A stretch of 51,746 nucleotides of DNA from Candidatus Nanopelagicales bacterium (GCA_017857705.1 JAFMCP010000003.1:1-51746), one strand, 5' to 3'. Counted from the first letter of the stretch, positions 10,263-20,638 are shown. Notes: generated by a model from the sequence alone, not told the origin. Numbers and translations: made by a program.

Positions 10263-11921
10263 GTGAGCGAATTCGTCTATACCGACCAGCTGCCCCTTGG
10301 TACTGACTCAACCCAGTATCGACTTCTGACCACCGACGGTGTGAGCGTTGAACAACTGGGTGATCATGAGTTTTTGCGGGTTGAATCAAGTGCGTTAACC
10401 GCGTTGACTTTTGCTGCAATGCGGGACATCTCGCATCTGCTGCGCAGCGATCACCTTGCACAACTGAAAAAGATTCTCGATGACCCCGAGGCCAGTCCCA
10501 ACGACCGTTTTGTTGCTCTGGACCTTCTCAAAAACGCAAACATTTCGGCGGGTGGCGTTTTGCCCATGTGCCAAGACACTGGCACCGCAATTATTATGGG
10601 TAAACGTGGCCAATTTGTACTTACCCCCGGCCAGGACAGTGAAGATATTTCCCGTGGCGTATTCGATGCTTTCGCCCAACTCAACCTGCGCTATTCGCAA
10701 CTCTCACCTCTGAGCATGTGGGAGGAGCGAAACACTGGAACGAATCTGCCCGCTCAAATTGAAATCTACTCCGATCCCCACAAAACCCAATCCTATGAAT
10801 TTCTATTCATGGCCAAGGGTGGTGGAAGTGCGAATAAGAGTTTCCTTTATCAAGAAACCGCTGCACTGCTTAATCCCACCAAGTTCGCCTCGTTTCTTGA
10901 TGAGAAACTTCGCTCGATTGGAACGGCCGCCTGCCCTCCGTACCATCTGGCAATTGTTGTTGGTGGAACCAGTGCGGAATACGCATTAAAGACCGCGAAG
11001 CTCGCTTCCGCGCATTATCTTGACGGCCTTCCTGTTCACGGATCACCCGATGGTCGCGGTTACCGAGACTTAGAGATGGAACATGAAGTATTCCTGCAGA
11101 CCCAAGAATTTGGCATCGGCGCCCAGTTCGGTGGGAAGTATTTCTGCCATGATGTTCGCGTTATTCGGTTACCACGCCATGGAGCTTCTTGCCCGGTAGC
11201 AATCGCAGTTTCCTGTTCGGCAGACCGTCAAGCTAAGGCAAAAATTACTCCCGAGGGAGTGTTTCTCGAACAACTTGAAACTGAACCAGCGCATTATTTA
11301 CCGGAAGTCGAAGACACTCATCTTGATGACACCACGGTGCACATCAATCTCAACGCACCAATGAATGAGGTTCGCGACCAATTAAGCAAACTTCCTATTC
11401 GCACCCGTGTTTCGCTCACCGGCTCACTCGTGGTTGCTCGCGATCTCGCGCACGCCAGAATAAAAGCCATGTTGGATCGTGGTGAAGCAATGCCCGACTA
11501 CTTAAAAGATCACGCGGTTTACTACGCAGGTCCGGCAAAAACACCCGTTGGAATGGCTTCTGGCTCTTTTGGTCCAACGACCGCAGGTCGAATGGATTCC
11601 TATGTTGATCAGTTCCAGAAGGCCGGAGGTTCCATGGTCATGTTGGCCAAAGGAAATCGAAGTCAAGCAGTCACGCGCGCGTGCAAAGATAACGGAGGCT
11701 TTTATCTCGGTTCAATCGGTGGGCCAGCAGCAAGGCTGGCTCAAGACAATATTAAGAAAGTTGAAGTGCTCGACTTTCCTGAATTAGGCATGGAAGCTGT
11801 CTGGAAGATTGATGTCGTTGACTTCCCCGCGTTCGTGGTCGTGGATGACAAAGGTAATGATTTCTTTGCCGAGACGCTAAGGCCAATTGCGACAAACATT
11901 CCCATCGGTCCACCAAAGTAG
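10263..11921 (+). CDS. fumB: Class I (Fe-S) fumarate hydratase
   Basis: [46 protein letters not shown]; fused alpha/beta domains of 552 aa. Confidence 0.95.
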   Translation: MSEFVYTDQLPLGTDSTQYRLLTTDGVSVEQLGDHEFLRVESSALTALTFAAMRDISHLLRSDHLAQLKKILDDPEASPNDRFVALDLLKNANISAGGVLPMCQDTGTAIIMGKRGQFVLTPGQDSEDISRGVFDAFAQLNLRYSQLSPLSMWEERNTGTNLPAQIEIYSDPHKTQSYEFLFMAKGGGSANKSFLYQETAALLNPTKFASFLDEKLRSIGTAACPPYHLAIVVGGTSAEYALKTAKLASAHYLDGLPVHGSPDGRGYRDLEMEHEVFLQTQEFGIGAQFGGKYFCHDVRVIRLPRHGASCPVAIAVSCSADRQAKAKITPEGVFLEQLETEPAHYLPEVEDTHLDDTTVHINLNAPMNEVRDQLSKLPIRTRVSLTGSLVVARDLAHARIKAMLDRGEAMPDYLKDHAVYYAGPAKTPVGMASGSFGPTTAGRMDSYVDQFQKAGGSMVMLAKGNRSQAVTRACKDNGGFYLGSIGGPAARLAQDNIKKVEVLDFPELGMEAVWKIDVVDFPAFVVVDDKGNDFFAETLRPIATNIPIGPPK

Positions 11922-11932
11922 CAAGTGAACGA

Positions 11933-12535
11933 CTAGAAGCAGCGTCCCTGTCCAGCTCGCCAGTGATTCTTGCCCTTGCCTTCATTCCAAACGGTCCAAA
12001 AGGCTCGATCCTGCCAGTAGCGATTCCACTTTTTCATCGGGGTTTTCCGCAACTTTTGGATGAGGTCGACACCAGCATCGCCCATTTCTTTCTTCACTTC
12101 CGGTTGCATCATCCAGGTCACACCCTGAGCAAGGGCCTTCGAGAATTGGTAGGCGCCCTGGTAGTAGCCGCCGGCCTTGTAGTGATGGTGGGATTCAAGT
12201 TTTGATAAACATTTACGCATTTTTTCGCGATTAGGCATGTACCACTTGCCTTGATAAAGGCTTAATTCATAACCGATCAAATCACGCGATTCCGGAGAGC
12301 CGAATGCGTGAGCCGTTTCTACCGCAATGCGCACCTGTCGGCTCACGGCCTCGCCTGCAGCCGGATCATTGCCTTCATCTCCAACCGGAATTGCCGGATC
12401 GATCTCAACCACAATTGGTTGCTCAGGCACAACAGGCGCCGGTTCCTCCGCGAATGCTGAACTGGTCGGAAGCGCTAGGGCCAAGGCGAGTGCCCCGAGC
12501 CCTACGTGCCTGCCCAACCTCGCGAATTTGCTCAC
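11933..12535 (-). CDS. Secreted lysozyme-like/Rpf-like transglycosylase domain protein
   Basis: Signal peptide (ALALALPTSSAFA), Pro/Glu-rich linker, then C..KLES...GYYQGAYQF...TW...Q...W...HW...C, resembling the Rpf CES/GxxQF pattern. SD GAAAGG upstream. Confidence 0.65.
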   Translation of the reverse strand: MSKFARLGRHVGLGALALALALPTSSAFAEEPAPVVPEQPIVVEIDPAIPVGDEGNDPAAGEAVSRQVRIAVETAHAFGSPESRDLIGYELSLYQGKWYMPNREKMRKCLSKLESHHHYKAGGYYQGAYQFSKALAQGVTWMMQPEVKKEMGDAGVDLIQKLRKTPMKKWNRYWQDRAFWTVWNEGKGKNHWRAGQGRCF

Positions 12536-12681
12536 AAATACCTTTCATGGAAAAACGAACGGTTCTCACCGTGCCTCAAAAACTGACATTTGTCACCCTG
12601 AAATGGCGTGTTACGGCTCACTTTTTAGGGCTAAAGTAAGAATTTCCCGGTTTTCTTAGGGGGAATGGCACACATGACGGA

Positions 12682-12697
12682 TATGACCTATGTCACA
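12682..12697. promoter_or_regulatory. Putative CRP/GlxR-type binding site upstream of the Rpf-like gene
   Basis: TATGA-cctatg-TCACA versus consensus TGTGA-N6-TCACA (9/10). A weaker ACTGA-catttg-TCACC lies at 12582-12597. Confidence 0.45.
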
Positions 12698-14116
12698 TTA
12701 CGCGGTTGGATAGTCCTCGAGTAGCTCGGTGACAAGGGCTGCGATTTCCGAGCGCTCACTCCTATTTAGGGTGACATGAGCAAAAAGCGGATGACCTTTC
12801 AGTTTCTCAACCACAGCCACAATCCCGTCGTATCGGCCAACGCGTAAGTTGTCACGCTGGGCAATATCGTGGGTCATCACAACCCGTGAATCTTTGCCTA
12901 TCCGGGAAAGTACCGTGAGCAGCACATTGCGCTCGAGTGATTGAGCTTCCTCCACGATCACAAAAGCATCATGCAGACTGCGCCCACGAATATGCGTCAA
13001 AGGCAAAACTTCTAGCATCCCTCGGTCAACAATCTCGTCGATGACATTGGAAGAGGTAATTGCGCCTAACGTGTCGAAAACAGCCTGTCCCCAGGGATTC
13101 ATTTTCTCCGACTCGGATCCGGGAAGGTATCCGAGATCCTGCCCACCAACCGCATAAAGGGGCCGAAACACGACAACTTTTTTGTGGGCCTGACGCTCCA
13201 TGACTGATTCCAAGCCAGCACATAATGCAAGTGCACTCTTTCCCGTGCCCGCACGACCGCCAAGGGAAACAATTCCCACCCCCGGGTCAAGCAAAATGTC
13301 CAGCGCTACCCGTTGCTCGGCACTGCGCCCGCGAATACCAAAAGCTTCACGGTCCCCGCGAACAAGTTTGAGGGATTTGTCGGCACTAACCCGTGCCAAT
13401 GCACTACCCCGATCCGATAGGAGCACCAAGCCACAATGACACGGGTAATCGAATGCAATATCGTGCTCGAGAAATCCCTGTTCGAAAAGTTCATCCAACT
13501 CATGATTTTCGATTTCAACTTCGGCCATCCCCGTGTATCCAGATTCGAAAACCAGTTCAGCTTTGTATTCTTCCGCGGCAATCCCAACCGCACTCGCCTT
13601 AACCCGCATAGGCAAGTCCTTGCTTACCAGGACAACGTCGAGCCCTTCGAGACTCAAGTTTTTTGCTAAAGCCAATATCCGAGTGTCATTGTCCCCTAGG
13701 CGAAGTCCGCTGGGAAGAACATCAACATTGGAATGATTCAACTCAATTCGAACACTTCCCCCGCGATCTCCCGTCGGTATTGGTGTATCCAGTCGAAAAT
13801 GCTCTATTCGAAAGTCGTCAAGAAGGCGAAGTGCATTGCGTGCGAAATAACCTAATTCAGGGTGACTGCGCTTTGCTTCAAGTTCAGTGACCACAACAAT
13901 AGGAATCACGACATCATGTTCATCAAATCTCAGTATCGCCCTCGGGTCCGAAAGTAAAACAGAAGTATCAATTACATATGTTCTGCGGGCTGAGATCGAA
14001 TTGGGCACGCGATGGGCTCCTGTCTGCCCGGTTGGCTTTCGGGAGCCTGTTGGGCCTGCGAATTCTCCAACGCTAGGCCTGACCTTCTTTAATTTTTTGC
14101 CGACACGCCGCGTCAA
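12698..14116 (-). CDS. phoH2: PIN-PhoH fusion protein (PhoH2); start uncertain
   Basis: PIN motifs [21 protein letters not shown]; P-loop GRAGTGKS; HIRGRSL; EAQSLE; HDIAQRD. Confidence 0.93.
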   Translation of the reverse strand: MTRRVGKKLKKVRPSVGEFAGPTGSRKPTGQTGAHRVPNSISARRTYVIDTSVLLSDPRAILRFDEHDVVIPIVVVTELEAKRSHPELGYFARNALRLLDDFRIEHFRLDTPIPTGDRGGSVRIELNHSNVDVLPSGLRLGDNDTRILALAKNLSLEGLDVVLVSKDLPMRVKASAVGIAAEEYKAELVFESGYTGMAEVEIENHELDELFEQGFLEHDIAFDYPCHCGLVLLSDRGSALARVSADKSLKLVRGDREAFGIRGRSAEQRVALDILLDPGVGIVSLGGRAGTGKSALALCAGLESVMERQAHKKVVVFRPLYAVGGQDLGYLPGSESEKMNPWGQAVFDTLGAITSSNVIDEIVDRGMLEVLPLTHIRGRSLHDAFVIVEEAQSLERNVLLTVLSRIGKDSRVVMTHDIAQRDNLRVGRYDGIVAVVEKLKGHPLFAHVTLNRSERSEIAALVTELLEDYPTA

Positions 14117-14197
14117 GAAGTCAACAATGCGAACAAAAAGTGCACAGTTGACGCGGCCTCCTCAGAGCCAGCCTCATAATTCAAACGTCAGGGCTTG

Positions 14198-14965
14198 TCA
14201 GGCTCCGTAACGCCGATTTCGCTCGGCGTAGGCGCGCACCGCTCGCAAGAAATCAATTCGACGGAAGTCTGGCCAAAATGCCTCACAGAAATAGAACTCA
14301 GAATGAGCACTTTGCCACAATAGGAACCCAGAGAGCCTTTGCTCACCGGATGTGCGAATGACGAGATCAGGGTCCGGCTGACCCTTGGTGTAAAGGTGCT
14401 CGGCAATGTGGTCGACGTCAATGAGTTGGGCGAGTTCATCCAGACTGGTTCCCTGGCTCGCATGATCAGCGAGCAGTGATCGCACCGCGTCAACGACTTC
14501 GCGGCGTCCGCCATACCCCACCGCTACGTTCACGAGTGATCCGTTTATATCCGCCGTCGCCTCAGCCGATTCTTTCAAGAGATTGGCCGTGTGCGCTGGG
14601 AGTAGATCAAGCGCCCCGACGGGATGAATCCGCCAGCGCCCCTCCATGACCAAATTACTCACCGTTGACTCAATGATCGTCATGAGTTTCTCTAATTCAA
14701 CTTCAGGGCGGCTCAAATTGTCAGTTGACAACAGCCACAGCGTGACAACTTCAACACCGGATTCATCACACCACCCGAGGAAGTCAACGATTTTGGCGGC
14801 ACCTGCCTCGTGGCCTTTGGCTGAGGTCGATCCCTGAGCAGTGGCCCACCGGCGATTGCCATCAAGGATCACACCAACGTGGCGAGGCATCCGATCTGGT
14901 GGAATTTGGGCCGCAAGGTTGCGTTCATAGACACCGTAGACGAGATCTTTAAGACCCACCTGCAC
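14198..14965 (-). CDS. Cis-isoprenyl transferase (UppS family, Rv1086-like short-chain type)
   Basis: HVGVILDGNRRWA, WLLSTDNLSR, PDLVIRTSGEQRLSGFLLWQ, RRYGA. Confidence 0.93.
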   Translation of the reverse strand: MQVGLKDLVYGVYERNLAAQIPPDRMPRHVGVILDGNRRWATAQGSTSAKGHEAGAAKIVDFLGWCDESGVEVVTLWLLSTDNLSRPEVELEKLMTIIESTVSNLVMEGRWRIHPVGALDLLPAHTANLLKESAEATADINGSLVNVAVGYGGRREVVDAVRSLLADHASQGTSLDELAQLIDVDHIAEHLYTKGQPDPDLVIRTSGEQRLSGFLLWQSAHSEFYFCEAFWPDFRRIDFLRAVRAYAERNRRYGA

Positions 14966-15011
14966 CCCGTCCTTCCATCATCGCGATATGAGCAGAGTTA
15001 GACCACCTAGG

Positions 15012-17027
15012 TTACTCCTCAACAGATATTAAGTGGTGAAGATGTGACCCAACATTCAGGAATTCGGCAAGTTTTCGAGGACTACTTGTCGGAAACTCGC
15101 AAATGGTGAATCTACACACCTGCGCCTGATCTGCGCTCCCGTCTGACCAACGAACCTCCGGGCATCGAGGTGATAACGCTGCTATGTGGGCGAATTGTGC
15201 ACTTGCCGGTCCACTGACCTCAACCTCCCATGGGCCTTCCACCAATGACCAAAGTGCGACAAGTCCCCAGCCCACCGACCTCGGAGCGCTTAATGCGAAC
15301 GCAGGAACAACCCCTAATGCAAGTTCAGCTCTTGTTCGCAGTGGCAAATAATCAACTGGTGCCAGTGCGCTGAATCGAACAAGGAGATTAGCCATTGCTA
15401 GCCAACCGGATGGTTCCGCATTGTCGGAAAACTCACGCGGCCGACGAATCAACTTCTCAGCATTGATCGAAGTGTCGAAGAAACCACCTTCACCGTCGTC
15501 GAACACCTCAAGCGCAGTGTCCAAGAGCGTTCTAGCCAATAAAAGCCACTCAGGCTCGCCCGTGACTTCATGCAGAGTTAATAGACCCTCTGACATATTT
15601 GCGTAGTCATCCAGAACTCCTGAATTCTTCCCAGGAACGCCATCACGGGAAGTGCGCGACATGCTGCGAGCCCGCTCCCCTGCTCCGAAATGAACACCGA
15701 TCACGCAGTCGGCTGCAGCCTCTGCGGCTTCAATCCACTCGGGTTCACCAAAAATAGATCCCGCTTCGGCTAGTGCAGAAATGGTCAGACCATTCCACGA
15801 CGCTACAACTTTGTCGTCTTGCCCTGGGCGGATCCTTTTACTCCGTGCTGCGAATAACTGCGTTCGTAACTTGGACCACAGATCCTGATCTTGAGGGTCC
15901 GTTAGCAATTGCAATGTTGAGTTACCGTGCTCAAAAGTTCCCGACTGCGTGACCTCAAACATTTCACAGGCGGCATCTGCAGTTTCAGCACCAACAGCCT
16001 CGGCAATTTCACCCGGTGTCCAGGCATAGAATTTTCCCTCGACGCCTTCACTGTCGGCATCCAATGCAGATGCGAATGCGCCCTGTGGTGTTCGCATTTC
16101 CCGTAAGAGAAATCCAATGCTTTCACGCACAACCCTTTCCGCAAGTGGATTACCAGTCAGTCGCCACCAATGTGCGTAGACCCGAATGAGCAATGCATTG
16201 TCGTACAACATTTTTTCGAAATGCGGTACCACCCACGCTTCATCGACGCTGTACCTCGCAAAACCACCACCGATTTGGTCATAAATCCCACCACGAGCCA
16301 TGGCCTCAAGGGTTGTGAATGCCATGCGTTCCGCCTGTTCACCCACCTGGGTGTCCAAGGTCATTCGTAACAAAAACTCAAGGACCATTGACGGCGGAAA
16401 TTTTGGAGCGCGACCAAAACCAGCACTCTCGCCATCAAATGATTGCTGCAAACCGTTGACCGCGCCACGCAAATATTCAATCCCCTGTTTATTGTTCAGT
16501 GTTGAAAGGTCTGTTAATTCAAATCCCTCACTTCGACTTTCCAGCGCAGCAATTATCCGCTCACCCGCCTGCAAAATATCTGGCTTGCGTTGAACCCAGG
16601 TGTCTGAAATAGATTCAATTAATTGACCAAAACTTGGCATCCCATGATGCGGTGTTGGTGGGAAATAAGTCCCCGTGTAGAACGGACGTCCGTCATGGTC
16701 GAGGAAAACAGACATAGGCCAGCCTCCATGCCCAGTCATAGCAACCGTAGCTTCCATGTAGATCGAATCAATGTCAGGACGCTCTTCGCGGTCGACTTTG
16801 ATGTTCACAAAATGCTCGTTAAGAAATTTCGCAACTTCCGGATTCTCAAATGACTCATGGGCCATTACGTGACACCAGTGGCAGGCTGAATAACCGATGC
16901 TCAGGAATATGGGCACATCGCGTATACGTGCCTCTTCAAATGATTCCTGTGTCCATTCCCACCAATCAACGGGGTTTTCAGCGTGCTGCAACAGGTACGG
17001 CGATGTGGATTGCCCAAGTCGATTCAC
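15012..17027 (-). CDS. Thioredoxin domain-containing protein (YyaL/DUF255/SSP411 family)
   Basis: NRL...SPYLLQHAENPVDW, GYSACHWCHVMAHESFE, GGWP, PHFEKMLYDNALL, DADSEGVEGKFY. Confidence 0.93.
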   Translation of the reverse strand: MNRLGQSTSPYLLQHAENPVDWWEWTQESFEEARIRDVPIFLSIGYSACHWCHVMAHESFENPEVAKFLNEHFVNIKVDREERPDIDSIYMEATVAMTGHGGWPMSVFLDHDGRPFYTGTYFPPTPHHGMPSFGQLIESISDTWVQRKPDILQAGERIIAALESRSEGFELTDLSTLNNKQGIEYLRGAVNGLQQSFDGESAGFGRAPKFPPSMVLEFLLRMTLDTQVGEQAERMAFTTLEAMARGGIYDQIGGGFARYSVDEAWVVPHFEKMLYDNALLIRVYAHWWRLTGNPLAERVVRESIGFLLREMRTPQGAFASALDADSEGVEGKFYAWTPGEIAEAVGAETADAACEMFEVTQSGTFEHGNSTLQLLTDPQDQDLWSKLRTQLFAARSKRIRPGQDDKVVASWNGLTISALAEAGSIFGEPEWIEAAEAAADCVIGVHFGAGERARSMSRTSRDGVPGKNSGVLDDYANMSEGLLTLHEVTGEPEWLLLARTLLDTALEVFDDGEGGFFDTSINAEKLIRRPREFSDNAEPSGWLAMANLLVRFSALAPVDYLPLRTRAELALGVVPAFALSAPRSVGWGLVALWSLVEGPWEVEVSGPASAQFAHIAALSPRCPEVRWSDGSADQAQVCRFTICEFPTSSPRKLAEFLNVGSHLHHLISVEE

Positions 17028-17092
17028 GTGTTGCAGCGTATCCGAATTAACGTAAATGGGATATGCAAGGATAGGAACCTAAAGGAGGTAAT

Positions 17093-17266
17093 GTGTTTGA
17101 AGGAGCAAAAAAGGAATACGATCAAGCAATCGATCGTAATGCGACCTTGGGTGAATTAGCCAATCAAAAGAGTGCCTCATCGGGTTGGCGCCCCTCACGT
17201 GCACTTTCCTCAGTGTTAATTTTGAGTGCCGTCGCAATTGCAATTGCGATTTTGATTATTCTTTAG
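17093..17266 (+). CDS. Small (57 aa) protein with a C-terminal hydrophobic anchor; not in the ORF track
   Basis: AAGGAGG at 17082-17088, GTG at 17093, product MFEGAKKEYDQAIDRNATLGELANQKSASSGWRPSRALSSVLILSAVAIAIAILIIL, TAG at 17264-17266. It fills an otherwise empty 228-bp gap. Confidence 0.6.
   Translation: MFEGAKKEYDQAIDRNATLGELANQKSASSGWRPSRALSSVLILSAVAIAIAILIIL
17232..17249. terminator. 18-bp perfect palindrome followed by TTT on the + strand; possible terminator
   Basis: TCGCAATTGCAATTGCGA is its own reverse complement. It lies 6 nt beyond the SPFH stop and inside the last codons of the small ORF. Confidence 0.3.
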
Positions 17267-18164
17267 CAAATCCTTTTTTCAAAACATCCATTGCACCGGT
17301 CAACTCACTGGGAATAATCCACATTTTATTTGAATCACCCTGCGCCATCACCGGGAGCGTTTCGAGGTATCGGTGAGCAAGGGCAGCTGAACTTGGGTTA
17401 GCTTCATGGATCGCGCTGTAAACCTTTTCAAGTGCCACGGCTTCACCCTCGGCCCGGAGAATGAGAGCCTCCGCGTCGGCACTAGCTCGGACGACTTCAG
17501 ACTGAGCAAAACCTTCCGCCATAAGAATTGCACTCTGCTTTTCTCCTTCGGCGGTCAGAATTGAACTCTGTTTTTGACCCTCTGCAATCAAAATAGTCGC
17601 TCGACGCTCCCGCTCCGCCTTGAGTTGCTTTTCCATCGATTCCTGTACCGACTTTGGTGGGTCAATAGCCTTGAGCTCGACTCGATTAACCCGAATCCCC
17701 CACTTGCCGGTCGCTTCGTCCAAAACCCCGCGCAATTGCCCATTGATCGAATCCCGCGACGTCAGGGTTTGCTCGAGATCCATAGACCCAATCACGTTGC
17801 GCAGGGTCGTAACGGTCAACTGCTCAATTCCCAGAATGAAACTCGAAATTTCATAGGTCGCTGCCTTGGGGTCAGTGACCTGGAAATAAACAACGGTGTC
17901 AATCGAAACGACCAAGTTATCCTCGGTGATCACGGGTTGAGGAGGAAAAGATGCAACCTGCTCCCGCATGTCAACCCGCTCACGGATGCGATCAACGAAA
18001 GGAATAAGAACTGTCAAACCCGGAGTCAGAGTTCGCTGGAAACGCCCGAGTCGCTCAACCACCGCCGTACTTGCTTGATTCACAATCACGATGGTTCGCG
18101 AGAGCATGAGAAGCAAAACCGCGAGAACGGCGACAACACCGGCAATAACCCCAACAAAGTCCAT
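17256..18164 (-). CDS. SPFH/band 7 (QmcA/HflC-like) membrane protein
   Basis: N-terminal TM helix, VVERLGRF, QPVITEDN, TTLRNVIG..LEQTLTSR, WGIRVNRVELKAIDPP, AEGQKQS repeats. SD AAGGAG. Confidence 0.95.
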   Translation of the reverse strand: MDFVGVIAGVVAVLAVLLLMLSRTIVIVNQASTAVVERLGRFQRTLTPGLTVLIPFVDRIRERVDMREQVASFPPQPVITEDNLVVSIDTVVYFQVTDPKAATYEISSFILGIEQLTVTTLRNVIGSMDLEQTLTSRDSINGQLRGVLDEATGKWGIRVNRVELKAIDPPKSVQESMEKQLKAERERRATILIAEGQKQSSILTAEGEKQSAILMAEGFAQSEVVRASADAEALILRAEGEAVALEKVYSAIHEANPSSAALAHRYLETLPVMAQGDSNKMWIIPSELTGAMDVLKKGFAKE

Positions 18165-18183
18165 AACTACTCCTTAAATATTT

Positions 18184-18618
18184 TTAGTCGAGCGGGAAAA
18201 TCAACGCTGTTGCGCCATCGATGCGTGAAATAGCAACCCGGGCATTGGGCCCAATCGGATCCATTGCAAGGTCAGGATCAAGCCGCGCACTCCACGTTTC
18301 TCCCTTAAGTTTCACCTGACCTTCATGAAGTGTGACACTCATGAGTGTTAACGCCTCGGTGCCCACGAGTGCATCAACTCCAGTGCGAGTGCCTATAGGA
18401 ACCCTGGCAAACCGTTTCAGCGCGAGTGGGCGAATCGCAACAATGCCAAATAACGTAATGGCGGCTGTTACCAAGACTTGGACGACTACAGGAGCTCCAA
18501 TGGCAGCAGTGGCGAGCCCCCCTGCTGCACCAACGGCAAATAACCCGAAATAGAACGTGGTCGTGGCGAACTCCAGGCCCAGTGCAATACCGGCCGTTAT
18601 TCCCCAAAACCACAACAT
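18184..18618 (-). CDS. NfeD-like C-terminal OB-fold membrane protein
   Basis: Hydrophobic N-half, TGVDALVG, GQVKLKGETWSAR, V.I.RIDGAT; directly upstream of the SPFH gene. Start set at ATG 18618 (TACAGT-N6). Confidence 0.9.
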   Translation of the reverse strand: MLWFWGITAGIALGLEFATTTFYFGLFAVGAAGGLATAAIGAPVVVQVLVTAAITLFGIVAIRPLALKRFARVPIGTRTGVDALVGTEALTLMSVTLHEGQVKLKGETWSARLDPDLAMDPIGPNARVAISRIDGATALIFPLD

Positions 18619-18693
18619 GATTCCACTGTAATACCGAATTGAAGCTTTGGCACGGGTAAAAAGCACGTAGGACTGATCATCTAATCTTTTTAT

Positions 18694-19368
18694 ATGCAGC
18701 CAGATTTCCAGGGTCCCGTGCACCCCAGTTGGTTACCCGTTTTCGAGGGCCTTGGCGCTGAAATATCGGCCGTGCGTGAATTTCTTGAGGGCGAGACGAT
18801 GGCTGGGCGCCAATGGTTACCGGAGCCCTCACAAGTCTTGCGCGCATTTACTCATCCCCTAAATCGGGTGAAAGTTGTCATTCTTGGACAGGATCCCTAC
18901 CCAACTCCGGGCCACAGCGTTGGTCTCGCCTTTTCTGTTGCGCCTGGTGTCGGTCTACCACGAAGTCTGGTGAATATTTTTAGTGAGTTGCAGTCCGATC
19001 TTGGCGTCGAACCGCCTTCACATGGTGACCTCAATCCATGGGCCGATCAGGGTGTTTTGTTGTTAAACACCGTATTAACCGTGGGTAGCGGCACCAGTGG
19101 CAGTCATCGGGGGAAAGGTTGGGAGCCGATCACGAGTTCGGTCATTTCGGCACTGACAAATCGACCAGAAGGGGCACCCGTCGCCATTCTCTGGGGAAAA
19201 GATGCCCAGAGCTATGGCAGCCGATTCGATTCGAGATTCGTTATTACGAGCCCACACCCCAGCCCACTGTCGGCACGGCGAGGCTTTTTTGGAAGCAAAC
19301 CGTTTAGCCAAACGAATGAATTACTCCGACAACGAGGCCAGACCCCTATTGATTGGGAGCTTGCTTGA
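18694..19368 (+). CDS. ung: Uracil-DNA glycosylase (family 1)
   Basis: KVVILGQDPYP, GLAFSV, QGVLLLNTVLTV, SHRGKGWE, HPSPLS. Confidence 0.97.
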   Translation: MQPDFQGPVHPSWLPVFEGLGAEISAVREFLEGETMAGRQWLPEPSQVLRAFTHPLNRVKVVILGQDPYPTPGHSVGLAFSVAPGVGLPRSLVNIFSELQSDLGVEPPSHGDLNPWADQGVLLLNTVLTVGSGTSGSHRGKGWEPITSSVISALTNRPEGAPVAILWGKDAQSYGSRFDSRFVITSPHPSPLSARRGFFGSKPFSQTNELLRQRGQTPIDWELA

Positions 19369-19714
19369 CGGACTTCGTTCCGACTTTGTCGGGAAGTGAC
19401 GCCACGTACCGGTGCATAACAAAGTCAGCGTAAAAAGACGCAAAGGGAATTGTTCCTGCGAGCAGCAAAGCCAAAGTCTTAAGGATCGGGAACCGCAGTA
19501 GGAATGCGAGGTTTAATGCGGCGATCAGGTAAGCAAAATACAACCAGCCGTGGGCAATCCACAGAATGCTGTAGAGGAGTGGCTTGCCGCCTTCGGTCCC
19601 GTAATTCAAAAAAAGATACCCGTAGAGCGCCCAAACGGAGGCAAAGGCCAGAACTACTCCCGTAACCCACGCCATAATGCGAAATGCGAGCAGCGCAATC
19701 GGAATTTTGTTCAT
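19346..19714 (-). CDS. DUF3817 family membrane protein
   Basis: FRIMAWVTGV, HGWLY..YL, LLAGTIPFASF; 3-4 TM segments. Confidence 0.8.
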   Translation of the reverse strand: MNKIPIALLAFRIMAWVTGVVLAFASVWALYGYLFLNYGTEGGKPLLYSILWIAHGWLYFAYLIAALNLAFLLRFPILKTLALLLAGTIPFASFYADFVMHRYVASLPDKVGTKSVKQAPNQ

Positions 19715-19729
19715 AGCGGCAGCCTACGT

Positions 19730-20638
19730 TCAGACTAATTCATGCGCGAACGGTGGCATGGCGCCAGCTCGCTGGCAGGTCAATCCGGCCACTTTGATAC
19801 CAAACTCCACAGCAGCGCGAATTGAGTTGGCATCCTGCAGTCGACTTCGATTCCAATTGTGACTATCCCAATAAGTGAGAAAACCGCCACTAAATGAGTC
19901 ACCTGCCCCCACCGTGTCGACAACTTCGACTTCAGGGACGTCAACGTGAAATTCCTCATTATTCGTGGATACCTGAACCCCGTATGAGCCATCGGTGAAC
20001 AGCACAACAGCCCGTGATCTGCTGCAAATATCTCTCACGGCCTCCTGGTTGCTCAGTTCAGGGAACATGAAATCAAGATCATCACCGCTAAACTTGATCA
20101 CATCAGCGCGACCAAGGGATGCGTTGAAAGTTTCCCAAAATTGCGATGGGTCTTTCATCACGCTTGGACGGGCATTCGGGTCCACCATCAATATTTGATT
20201 TTCACCCATCGCAGCCACCACGGATCGGGTCGCATGTGACAACGGTTCAAAAATGAATGCAAGCGTTCCGATATGAATCGCTGTGGCATTCGCATCCATG
20301 GCCTTCAATGCGATTTCAGGAGTCACCGACAGTGATGAAGTTCCCTCAATGAGAAATTGATATGAAGCTGCACCTTCATCATCTAATGAAGCAATTGCAA
20401 GAGTTGTTGGGGCCACACAATCCTGTTCAATAGCGGTTTTTACGCCATCACTTTCAAGCAATCGTCGTATCCGCTTGCCCAAAGCATCTTGGGAAATACC
20501 GCCGATGAAAGAAACTTCGGTGCCCAACCGGGCAACGGTGCGGGCAGTATTGACTGGGCCACCACCCACAACGGAATTAATTTCTCCGGCTGGAGAGACA
20601 ATGATGTCGATCAGCGCCTCCCCCATTACTTGAATCAT
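19730..20638 (-). CDS. PfkB-family carbohydrate kinase (fructokinase-like)
   Basis: GEALID, GGGP.NTA, DPNARP, and the PfkB signature DTVGAGDSF.GG. Confidence 0.92.
   Translation of the reverse strand: MIQVMGEALIDIIVSPAGEINSVVGGGPVNTARTVARLGTEVSFIGGISQDALGKRIRRLLESDGVKTAIEQDCVAPTTLAIASLDDEGAASYQFLIEGTSSLSVTPEIALKAMDANATAIHIGTLAFIFEPLSHATRSVVAAMGENQILMVDPNARPSVMKDPSQFWETFNASLGRADVIKFSGDDLDFMFPELSNQEAVRDICSRSRAVVLFTDGSYGVQVSTNNEEFHVDVPEVEVVDTVGAGDSFSGGFLTYWDSHNWNRSRLQDANSIRAAVEFGIKVAGLTCQRAGAMPPFAHELV

Noticed and set aside
12536-12697. c-di-AMP (ydaO) riboswitch, expected upstream of rpf-like genes
   Set aside because: I could not find the conserved ydaO sequence blocks. An Infernal/Rfam scan would settle it.
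13990-14116. Basic N-terminal extension of PhoH2
   Set aside because: It depends on a TTG start that I cannot confirm; a downstream GTG start is equally possible.
17091-17159. 22-codon ORF from ATG 17091 behind the same SD
   Set aside because: Only 2 nt of SD spacing and no structural features; the GTG 17093 frame is the better candidate.
17574-18233. 219-aa plus-strand ORF
   Set aside because: Antisense shadow of the SPFH gene.
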